NCBI GenBank assembly: GCA_020137815.1
Contig: CM035358.1
Span: 7,750,001 to 7,814,000 of the forward strand
Length of the DNA: 64,000 nucleotides
Direction of reading: 5' to 3'
Source: Hormiphora californensis
Lineage: Eukaryota; Animalia; Ctenophora
Every line of letters starts with the position of its first letter. Positions within the stretch are counted from its first letter, which is position 1. The notes under the pieces were generated by a model. It was not told the origin of the DNA. It made no database searches and saw nothing but the letters and a program-made list of their open reading frames with translations. Positions 20,370 through 57,858 of the stretch are shown piece by piece. The position numbers and the translations under genes are program-made.

Positions 20370-22142
20370 TCATGAATCACCCATCTCACGGAAAACACTC
20401 GGATCATTTCTCCAGTCAATCAAGGAGTTACTGTGCTCCACCCGGTAGCCACGAACAGGTGGTTTGTCGGGAATGGTAGTTAAGTAGGACCCAAGGGACT
20501 GTTTCAACTCGAGCAGTGATGTTGACTCTCTCACTGCACGGGGTAGGGAATTCCACAGCTGCGCTCCTCTAACACCGAATGAAGAGTCATAAGGGCCAGA
20601 TATGGATTTTTGAGCGAGGTAATTGTAGCGGGGGACCAATGCTCTTGTACCAAGACGGGTGTGCTCAGTAAACAGGAGACCAGTGCCGTTTGGAACTACC
20701 TCGTGTAGAACCTTCCAGACATGGATAATCATGTATCGTTCACGACGCCGCTGGAGGGACAAGATTTTGAGATGTTGGAGCCGATCCCAGTACCCCATAC
20801 CAGAGCAGCTCTCAATCCTACGTGTGAAGTGTCTCTGGGCTTCTTCGACCAAGGCAATATCGGACTTTTTCACCGGACTCCATAATGGACAGCAGTACTC
20901 CACCTGAGGTCTTATGATGGACTTCAGTAAAGTTAGCATTGTATCATCGGATCTGTCTCGAAACACACTTAGTGCCCAACCACTCATGCGACGAGCCTTA
21001 GCTGTTATGCTGCCTATGTGCTCAGACCATGTGCAGTCTGCAGATACAAGAACCCCTAGATCTTTGACAGTGGAACTTGGCGATATAGTCTCACCTCCAG
21101 GTCCGCTATAGAGGTAGTTATCAGTGGAGAAAGGAAGCTCCCTCAGAAGTTGGGTGGAACGAAGTGTATAGTTCAGCACCTCGAACTTATCCTGATGGAG
21201 TGACATATTGTTGTCTATAGCCCAACGACCAAATTCATTAAGACTCAGCTGTAGATCATCTCTGTCATTGAGTGACCTAATAGCTTTCCACAGCTTAGAG
21301 TCATCTGCAAATGTTAGGACTGTGCCAGCAAGGAGTGATTCAATGTCTATCATGTAAACCAAGAACAGTAGCGGACCAATAACAGTACCCTGAGGGACGC
21401 CACTAATGACGAATTCCGGACGAGACTGAACTCCGTCTACCACAACTGTCTGAACTCTAGCTGAAAGAAAGTCACTTATCCAACGCAGCAATCTACCACG
21501 TATACCATACTTTTCAAGCTTTCCTAATAGCACCTTAATATCGACCTTGTCAAATGCCTTCTCCATATCCAAATAGACGACATCCACTTCCAAACCATTA
21601 TTCAGTTCACGCATGATGTTATCATAATGGTTCAAGAGTTGGGTCAGACAACTCCTATTTCTTCGAAAGCCGTGCTGACCATCATTGAAGATTCCATTTC
21701 CCTCCAGGTGATCCACAACTTTGTTCCTCACAACCCTTTCAAAAGTCTTGATCATATGGGATGTGAGTGCAACAGGGCGATAGTTTTTGGCCTCCATCTT
21801 TGAACCCTTCTTGAAGACTGGTGTAACCTGTTGACGTTTGAGACAGGCTGGTACAACACCCTCAGTGAATGAACGGTTCCAGAGCAACCAAAGCGGGTAT
21901 GCTAGCTGTTTCCGGCACTTGGATAGTATAACCGCAGGTATGTCTTCTGACGGTGCTCCAGCGTAAGGGTCCAGTTCAGCCAGTGCAGCTTCAATACAGC
22001 TCGGGGTGAAGTCAAGTTCATCTAGTGTGCAGGTCGTAGAAGGAATGTCCTTGATAGCCTCCTCAACCGAGCACATGGATGGGTCACTGAATACTCCTAC
22101 ATATTGTGACTGGAGAATATTGGATTTTTTCCAAAGGGTCAT
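20370..22142 (-). CDS. LINE reverse transcriptase domain and C-terminus
   Basis: NYRPVALTS, QHGFR, YLDMEKAFDKVD, SGVPQGTVIGPLLF, FADDSKL, VKDLGV, LEYC-like VEYCCPLWSP, SLQRRRER. Confidence 0.95.
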   Translation of the reverse strand: MTLWKKSNILQSQYVGVFSDPSMCSVEEAIKDIPSTTCTLDELDFTPSCIEAALAELDPYAGAPSEDIPAVILSKCRKQLAYPLWLLWNRSFTEGVVPACLKRQQVTPVFKKGSKMEAKNYRPVALTSHMIKTFERVVRNKVVDHLEGNGIFNDGQHGFRRNRSCLTQLLNHYDNIMRELNNGLEVDVVYLDMEKAFDKVDIKVLLGKLEKYGIRGRLLRWISDFLSARVQTVVVDGVQSRPEFVISGVPQGTVIGPLLFLVYMIDIESLLAGTVLTFADDSKLWKAIRSLNDRDDLQLSLNEFGRWAIDNNMSLHQDKFEVLNYTLRSTQLLRELPFSTDNYLYSGPGGETISPSSTVKDLGVLVSADCTWSEHIGSITAKARRMSGWALSVFRDRSDDTMLTLLKSIIRPQVEYCCPLWSPVKKSDIALVEEAQRHFTRRIESCSGMGYWDRLQHLKILSLQRRRERYMIIHVWKVLHEVVPNGTGLLFTEHTRLGTRALVPRYNYLAQKSISGPYDSSFGVRGAQLWNSLPRAVRESTSLLELKQSLGSYLTTIPDKPPVRGYRVEHSNSLIDWRNDPSVFREMGDS

Positions 22143-23350
22143 CAGTCACTGTGCCATCAGATCTCAGGAGTGGTGCCACACTGGATTTGATTTTTCGGTG
22201 CTTGTTAACAAAGGACCAGAAAAACCGCAAATTCGACTTGATGGTGTCAATGGCTTTCCTCTCCTTCATTACCAGCAGCCCTAACAAGTGAGCCTTAATG
22301 TTATCGGCTGTCTTGTTTACCTTGCGTTCGAGTTTATTGATAAGAGACTGGTGTGATTTTCTCTGTATCGCCAGTTTTACCCGAGAATTCAGTTTTTTTT
22401 GCCTCCTTTTCAGTCTTCTCAGGTATGGATCTCTCTTCCTTTGAGTACCAAACCTCTTTCTTTTGCTGTGTTTTTCAAACACCCTTAGTAAAGTCTCTCT
22501 GATACACTGAACAAATGAGTGGCCATCATCATCAGTGTTACAAGAGGTCAGTAGTGAGTCCCAATCAATACCTTTCAGCTCCTCTCCTGCAGCAGTAAAA
22601 TCTGCGTTGTGGTAGTCAAGGGCCTTGAACCCCTTTCCAGCTGTTTCACAGTCTGATTTGGACTGGCGGAGCCCGATTCCGAGGACGCAGGACACCATGG
22701 AATGATCCGACATCTGAGTAGCTGATACATCGGTGTCAAGAACATAATCCACCCTGTTTGTAAGTACGATGTCCAGTATGTTCCGGCCTCGGGTAGGCTC
22801 TGTAACCAATTGTGTAAGGAAGTTTCTCTCTGCAAAGTCAACCAGGGCATTACCCTGGTCCGCTGATACAGATGTCCAGTTAACCTGAGGCATGTTAAAG
22901 TCACCAAGCGTAAACACATCGGGAGGGCAATCTCCACGCGAGTGGCGTGAGATGAATTCCTCCAGCATTCCTAAAACTACGTTCACAGGCACTGTGGGAG
23001 CCCTGTAAACTGATGAGATAATACAGTTCGTGTTTGGTATGTATACCGCTACGATACTATTGCTGTCATCTGAAAAGGTGATCTGGTCGGATGGTGTCAT
23101 AGATGAGTGGAGATACAGGGCACAGCCACCCCCAACCCTACCTTCCCGATCGCTGCGGATGACAGAAAAACCAGGAATATCAACCTGTGCGTCTGCGTAC
23201 TCAGCCCTCCACCAAGTTTCCGTGATGGCTGCAGCCATGACAGGGAATATTAGAGTTCATAATGGTATCCTTCAAGTTCTCCAGTTTGAACCTTGCCTCA
23301 CTGCCCGCAGACGGGTTCAGGCTACGGGCGTTTAGCAGCAACAGTTTTGA
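22084..23350 (-). CDS. LINE apurinic endonuclease domain and linker
   Basis: LLLNARSL (in the upstream frame), AITETW, RSDREGRVGGGCALY, SVYRAP, LGDFNMP, PTRGRNILDIVLTN, SDHSMV. Confidence 0.92.
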
Positions 23351-24701
23351 GAGATTACTGGGAACTGAGGGTCCTGCTGTATTTAGTAAGACCGTCCTGT
23401 CCCTCTGATGATGAGGACTGTATGTGTTGCCCATTCCTGGAGGAAGTTGGGTCGGCTGGGAGCTGTAGTGCTGTTGGTCGGGCTCCCGCTCCGGGCGATT
23501 CCTCATTTCCATCCTCACTATCCCGGCTATAGAGTCCCTGAGACGGTCGATGATGGCGTCTAAAAAAGCCGGGTCTGGGTCAGGCCTCGTGCCCCTGTTC
23601 TGATCCTGAGGCCATTGGGATCTGCTTGGTATCCTATCCCTATTAGGCTCCGAAGACCAGTTTCCTGGTTCATTTGGAGGTGCTTGGTTTGCACCCCTGC
23701 TCCGAGATGATTGGTTCCTGTCACGATCATTCCGAGCATAACCAGTGTTTCCGGGGTGCTTCGTCAACTCTTAAAGGCGGGCTCCTCTGAGTATCTTTAA
23801 GATGTTGCTTCATGCAGTTTTGTTTAAAGCACTGGTGACGTAACTCTGAGTTCTTACAGAGGGGAGGATGAAATAGGTTGCAATTTGTAGCATCACATCC
23901 AAATCTCCTCATGGTTCCATAGTTACAGAACTTTTTACACAGGGTGGGGTGGGCTTTTGGGCAGGTTCTGTTTCCAACCCTAACAGTTCCGTTTCTGCCG
24001 TGTCGGCATCTCCTCTGCAGGTAGAATTTACAAACCTCCGTGCCCGACCCTGTATCTCCACCGGCAGGTGGGTCATTGTTCCTTCTGGCTCTGCCAGCAA
24101 GATCGTTCCCTCCGCCAGCAGGCTGACTGGTCCTTCTGCCCAATACCTCTCTATTTGAACTGCGTCGGGTTGAATTTAGAGTAGGGTTTGGAGGACCTCC
24201 CTCAGGTAGGTGACTGTTGAACCTCTCAATAGTATGTTTTGAGACACAGTCGTTGCACATCCATATTCGGCTCCTAGTGTTGGTTGTGTTCCCAGCTTCA
24301 GCAAGGATAGCCGAACAGTTGTGAAGTCCAGCATCGCAATAGTTACACCGAACAGGGGGTGTATCAGTCCTTTTGACCGTATAGGATTCACTACACTCTC
24401 TGCATGTTTGGGGAAAGAGAGCCTCAGTCCTCATGATAATCCAGTCTGACAGTGTTCTCTCTGAGCGGTATTTTTTCGCTCCAGTCACACATGTCACCTC
24501 TTGTCCGAGGAAAGCTGCCGTAGCCTCTAGGTCACTTACAGGGAGTGTTTCGATCTTCGGTAGCATCTCCTCATAGGTTAACTCAGGATCATAGGCTTGG
24601 AGCACCTCCTTGACAGGGGTATCCGCTTCAGCTAACAGCTCCGAGAGTATCCGCAGTTGTTCCTCAGTTGTGTTTGTAGAGGACATATCTTCTGAAATCA
24701 T
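23351..24701 (-). CDS. LINE ORF1-like region: PHD-like finger plus three CCCH zinc fingers
   Basis: CRECSESY..CNYCDAGLHNC..WMCNDC; CKFYLQRRCRHG..CPKAHP, CKKFCNYG..C..NCNLFHPP, CKNSELRHQCFKQNCMKQH; frameshift at ~23750. Confidence 0.8.
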
Positions 24702-24722
24702 TTGAGGTGGAGGATGCCGCAC

Positions 24723-24760
24723 CTCAAATTAATTTGTTTAAAGTAGTGTTGAAAAGTTTG
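24723..24760 (-). other. Genomic copy of the ctenophore trans-spliced leader exon
   Basis: The minus strand reads CAAACTTTTCAACACTACTTTAAACAAATTAATTTGAG, matching my recollection of a ctenophore SL ending ...CACTACTTTAAACAAATTAATTTGAG. The match is from memory and needs verification. Confidence 0.8.
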
Positions 24761-25369
24761 TTGTTAGAATATTATTTTGTGAGCCTTATTTCAAGATTCA
24801 TCTTGTGAAAGCATTCGACATGAAAGACCGGATCGGTCTACAAAAGTTCCAAAAAATGAAGCTTCAATTAAGCTGCTTCATTACAATTTTTGAATGCGTC
24901 AGAGGAGACTGCAGCGCATGCCTTCGGCATCAGTGACAGACAACAGTGCGGGATAAGTGATAACAGTGGTGCTCCGTCATATTCGCCAAATGCCAGTCGC
25001 CGCCCGCACAGCACCGCCCACGACGCGTAGAACGAAAAAAGTCATCAATGTTTAGGCAGACTGCGTCTTTGACGTTGTCGGAGGCAACGCTTTTTGTGTG
25101 CAGCCAATGTGGTCTTATCGAATAGTGAATACTGCGCCTGCTCGCACTTTTCAACGCATGCCAATTGCCAGATATGAGATAAGAGCTTTAAAAAGTTTTT
25201 GATTTTGATTTTTAAATTTTTGCTGATCAAGTTTTTTTATTTTCAATTTTACTTCGCGTGCTGCGCGCGTCAAGTTTATGTGAATTAGTGTGCTGCAAAC
25301 TTGACTGAAACAAGCGCCGCGGCCCGGTTAAAAAGTTAAGCAAAAACGCTGCAAAGACGATCACGCGAT

Positions 25370-27150
25370 AAAGTCGGATTTTTTCCCTGCACGGGTGGAT
25401 GCCCGAAGGGCATCCACCCGGATGATCGTTTTAGCACGTGTGCTAAAAAGATCATAAAGGGTTTAGAAATCTCGGATTTGAAATAGTAACTCGAGCGTGG
25501 TCAAAATCGCGTGTGTCACGGTAGCAGCCTGACAACCGCGATGCTGACAATTTTGAAAAGTTCGTCCACAAAGTTATTTCACTACGGATTGTGGTGGCGC
25601 GCGCTCAAAATTTGCTGCGCGCGGCGCTCTCAATGCAGCGTTGTTGGTCTCACACCTCGCGCGTTACAGCATGGCGCCGCTACTAAAGTACACCCCAAAC
25701 TACTATGTCCCTCACTCGGGTTTTGTGAAATTTCCCACGGTCATAACTCCACTCCCTGATGAGATAGAGACTTGAAATTTGTTTTGTAGGAAGAACTCGA
25801 TATGATCTCCCTGCAAAACAAATTTCAAGTTTCTATCTTATCAGGGGGTGGAGCTATGGCCGTCTAAAATCCGGTCGCGCGCAGCAAGGGACATAGTAGT
25901 TTGGGGGGACCTTTAGCGCTCGAATGGATTTATACTCGGATTTTTTGAAACTGTCACCCCCCTGAAATAACAAAATTTGTCATATCTCCGGTTCCTGATA
26001 AGATAGAGACTTGAAATTTGGAGGTTCGGAAGAACTTAGCAAGATCTTCGTAACTTCCAAATTTCAAGTCTCTATCTCATCAGGAACCGGACTTATGGTC
26101 ATTTAAAGAAATTTGAAAACTCTAGGGGGGTGACAGTTTCAAAAAATCCGACTTTAACTTCTTAATCAATCTGATCGAAACTAAAAGCTCAGCTCGTTAG
26201 TAAATTTATGGTGACTGACGGAACGTGAGAAGTTCCCATGCATAGCTTAGTGTCACACAACATTGTAATTAGGCGTTGGCGTCGCGACGATCAGATCACA
26301 TTGCACGGTATCATCTAGTGTGGGCGGCGCTCAGAGATCTCATCGCAGATCGCTTATCAGTGAATGTGATCGGTTTGAGTATTCGTTGGCAGGGAAACAC
26401 AGCATTATGAAACATAATGCAATAATAATTCTTGTTTGAAACTGTCACCCCCCTGGGTATTTTCAAATTTTGTAAATGACCATAAATCCGGTTCCTGACG
26501 AGATAGAGACTTGAAATTTGGAGGTTACGAAGATCTTGCTAAGTTCTTCCGAACCTCCAAATTTCAAGTCTTTATCTTATCATGAACCGGAGATATGGCA
26601 AATTTTGTTATTTCAGGGGGGTGACAGTTTCAAAAAATCCGACTTTAGGGATCCCTAAAAAAGTTCAGTATTTACACAGAGTTTACACAGTCTTTACACA
26701 GTCATTACACCCAGAGCGGCGCGTGCTGCGTTTTGCGGCTTTTTCTAAGAAAATATTGGATTGTGTGCTGCACAATTGAGTAAATTGAGCGCTGCGGCGA
26801 AAAAAGTTTCCGAAAACGCTGCAAATTGAGTGCGAAAGACGCAGTCTTTACACCCAGAGCGGCGCGGGCGCTCTGGGTGTAACGACTGTGTAAAGACTGT
26901 TATGTGTAAACTCTGTGTAAATACTGAACTTTTTTAGGGATCCCTATCGTCACAAGTTCAAAAAACCCGACTTCCAGTTTTTTAAAAAATGATTGGAGAT
27001 ATTTCGATTTTTGCGCCTTTTTGTGCCATAGCTCCGTTATTTCTTCATCAAATCGTGTGTCCATGGAAAGAGCTCGACGTTTTATTTTCAACAAGCCAAA
27101 GATCATGAGAAATGGTCAAGAAATGGCCGAGTTATGACCAAAAACGTTCA
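25370..27150. mobile_element. Nest of palindromic MITEs
   Basis: Repeated TCGGATTTTTTGAAACTGTCACCCC termini (~25936, 26126-26155, 26436, 26617-26647); internal palindromes GAGATAGAGACTTGAAATTTG...CAAATTTCAAGTCTCTATCTC; inverted pair CCCCAAACTACTATGTCCCT / AGGGACATAGTAGTTTGGGG (25693-25907). Confidence 0.8.
26646..26946. mobile_element. MITE with ~43-bp TIRs starting TAGGGATCCC (hAT-like terminus)
   Basis: TAGGGATCCCTAAAAAAGTTCAGTATTTACACAGAGTTTACAC at the left end; its reverse complement ends at 26946. Confidence 0.85.
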
Positions 27151-27948
27151 AAATATGTGCCTAAATGTGTAACTTTACCTTGAAAAGCGCTGCCTCATCC
27201 CCCACAGAGGGGTCTGTAACAAAGACTTTACCCCCTGAGCCATTGAGCCAAAAGACATTAACCAGCATCTATAACTGATAAGTCTGTGGAGCTCGGTATC
27301 TTCCGGGGAGTCGTTGCTACGTCAAATTAGAGAGTGCGTTGGCACCATTTTTCTGGGTATCCGGTTAGTATATATTCACTATTGAGTGGGATATTAAGTG
27401 CATAATTTACATTACATTACAAAACTCCTCAGTCTAAACTCTGAACCTAGAAAGGTTGCAGGGTATTATAAAATAAAATAAAATAAAAAGGTTTGAACAA
27501 AACAAGCAGGGTTGTTCTTGCCTTGTTCGACCCTCCCTCCCCGCGCCCAGGGTTGTTCCAAGATTGTTCATATTTCAAAGTGTTTGCACATCATGAATCA
27601 GCTGGCTGGTTGCTCCTCTCGGCTTACTATCGTGTATTCACCTAGTTTAAATGCTAACTGAACAGAGCCTCTTCTTCGGTCCACCTACCGCCCATTATAT
27701 TTATAAGCGGAAGAATAGCACCATTGCCATTTTCAACCCGTTGAACTTCAACCCTAGGATGTATGTACTGCAGTAATATAACGACGTCAAGACCAACCAA
27801 ATCAGTCAACTGAGAATCGTATATTAAAAAACGACTCCTCGCTCTTTCAAAAGTAAGATCTAGCCGCTAGGTCTTCGCGTTTTTCTTTATAGATCTTTGT
27901 GAAGTGTGAATCAATGGGTTATGAGGTCCAATATTATACATGCAGTTG

Positions 27949-28103
27949 TAAAGTCGGATTTTTTGAAACTGTCACCCCAAAATGACCGCGCATGTGAAAT
28001 TTATCAATTTTGACGCGCACACCACACGTTAACATGTGATGTGACGCGCAAAAACATTCCGCGCACGAAAAGGGGGGTGACAGTTTCAAAAAATCCGACT
28101 TTA
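27949..28103. mobile_element. MITE with 30-bp TIRs just upstream of the ODF2 start
   Basis: TAAAGTCGGATTTTTTGAAACTGTCACCCC ... GGGGTGACAGTTTCAAAAAATCCGACTTTA. Confidence 0.88.
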
Positions 28104-28156
28104 GTAACTTCTTGAATAAAATGTCTTCTCACGCACCTTTTCCCTGTAGAAATAAA

Positions 28157-55749
<27,593 letters not shown>

Positions 55750-56198
55750 GTAAACAACATATCACACACATGTCCTGTTGTTCGTCCGTTTACCATGATA
55801 TGTTTGTCAGGTGATTCTAAATACGGAACCGCCCGACAAATAGACTTGTCAGAGTGACTCTTGACAACCGAGTCGCTTCTGACAAGATGATGACGTGATG
55901 TGTGGAGAATAGTGTGTTGATAAAATTTAAAATTTAAAATTTGGGACCGATTAGACTGATATTACAGACACTATATGACTGATTTATTATGATGTCTTTT
56001 CTTCAGCCATACTTCTGCTATCCTTTTTGCTATACCCTTTATTGCTTCAACTCCCAGCTATATTATCTCCCATTTTCACCCTTCCTCAGCGATTCCTTGC
56101 CCCGTCCTACCTCCTCCACTTACCCCGTGCCCTAGTCCAAAACCCATTGTACCTCTCCCAACAAATCCCAAATATCCCGTCCCCTAATATCCCCTTGA

Positions 56199-57296
56199 TA
56201 ATCCCCCCGTGCTAATCCCCCGTGCTAATCCCCCGTGCTAATCCCCCGTGCTAATCCCCCGTGCTAATCCCCCGTGCTAATCCCCCGCTATCACATCCCT
56301 AATCCCAAATCCTCTAATATCCCGTGCTAATACCCCGCTACCACATCCCTAATCCCAAATCCTCTAATATCCCGTGCTAATACCCCGCTACCACAACCCT
56401 AATCCCAAATCCTCTAATATCCCGTGCTAATACCCCGCTACCACAACCCTAATCCCAAATCCTCTAATATCCCGTGCTAATACCCCGCTACCACATCCCT
56501 AATCCCAAATCCTCTAATATCCCGTGCTAATACCCCGCTACCACATCCCTAATCCCAAATCCTCTAATATCCCGTGCTAATACCCCGCTACCACAACCCT
56601 AATCCCAAATCCTCTAATATCCCGTGCTAATACCCCGCTACCACAACCCTAATCCCAAATCCTCTAATATCCCGTGCTAATACCCCGCTACCACAACCCT
56701 AATCCCAAATCCTCTAATATCCCGTGCTAATACCCCGCTACCACAACCCTAATCCCAAATCCTCTAATATCCCGTGCTAATCCCCCGCTACCACAACCCT
56801 AATCCCAAATCCTCTAATACCCCGTGCTAATCCCCCGCTACCACAACCCTAATCCCAAATCCTCTAATACCCCGTGCTAATACCCCGCTACCACAACCCT
56901 AATCCCAAATCCTCTAATATCCCGTGCTAATACCCCGCTACCACAACCCTAATCCCAAATCCTCTAATATCCCGTGCTAATACCCCGCTACCACATCCCT
57001 AATCCCAAATCCTCTAATACCCCGTGCTAATACCCCGCTACCACAACCCTAATCCCAAATCCTCTAATATCCCGTGCTAATACCCCGCTACCACAACCCT
57101 AATCCCAAATCCTCTAATACCCCGTGCTAATACCCCGCTACCACAACCCTAATCCCAAATCCTCTAATATCCCGTGCTAATACCCCGCTACCACAACCCT
57201 AATCCCAAATCCTCTAATATCCCGTGCTAATCCCTCGCTACCACAACCCTAATCCCAAATCCTCTAATACCCCGTGCTAATCCCCCGCTACCACAG
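56199..57296 (+). repeat. 13-bp repeat x~6 followed by a 50-bp minisatellite x~20
   Basis: AATCCCCCGTGCT units, then CCCGTGCTAATACCCCGCTACCACAACCCTAATCCCAAATCCTCTAATAT units. Confidence 0.97.
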
Positions 57297-57858
57297 CCCA
57301 AGGCCGTGGCCCGAGTGGAGGCATGATGCGCCACTGCCACCACCTCCAGCAGCTGCGTCACCCAGCATCTCTGACAACAACGCCTCCGAAGGAAAGGGCA
57401 AGAATAGGAAATCAGGAAGTAGCAGTAGTTCCAGCAGTTCAGTTGATACCAGTGACGAGGAGCCTGATTGGGCAGAGTTGTTGAAATCTGCTGAAGCTAA
57501 CCGGGAACGACTCGGTCTGAATGTCGAGCAGCCTGAGAGTGACGGTGAGAGTAGTGTAGATGAGGAGGGGAACCGATATGTGAAGAAGAAGAGTGCCAGT
57601 GGTCTCACTGGACAGGATTATCTAAACCGCGTGGCAACCAACCAACTCCTCGGATACGACGAGTTCGGACGACCCATGGGCAAGTCTAATGGCAGCATGG
57701 GAATGATGGGAGGTGGAAAAACAGGACGAAACAGGGCCCTTCTGTTCGGGATGGACCAGGGGAAGAGGAACGGTGCTAGGGGAAGTAACAACAAGAGTTC
57801 TAGTGAGAGGAGGAGCGGAGGAGGGAAGAAGCGGGGGAAGAAGAAACAAGGGTGGTAA
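57297..57858 (+). CDS. Terminal exon of an unidentified protein (Ser/acidic region, then Gly/Lys-rich tail)
   Basis: Acceptor CCACAG at 57291-57296, then an open frame with protein-like composition (DEEPDWAELL..GYDEFGRPMG..KKRGKKKQGW*). Confidence 0.65.

Larger units (their letters stand above)
20370..24760 (-). mobile_element. Near full-length APE-type LINE (CR1/L2-like) with an SL sequence at its 5' end
   Basis: ORF1-like region with PHD-like and CCCH zinc fingers, AP endonuclease and reverse transcriptase in order over ~4.35 kb; 3 frameshifts; no TSD identified. Confidence 0.93.

Noticed and set aside
24600-24760. Bona fide SL RNA gene
   Set aside because: Although GT follows the SL, the downstream sequence goes straight into the LINE ORF and I see no U-rich Sm site or terminator. 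Kept only as an alternative hypothesis.
25756-25785. CTGATGA...GAAA hammerhead-like core
   Set aside because: No stem II pairing, and the sequence is one arm of a MITE palindrome.
27178-27350. Possible minus-strand exon (CAAG|GTAAAG donor) or snRNA-like segment
   Set aside because: No convincing frame, partner exon or recognisable snRNA motifs.
56199-57296. CRISPR-like or telomeric array
   Set aside because: No unique spacers, so not CRISPR; CCCTAA occurs once per 50-bp unit rather than as tandem telomere repeats.
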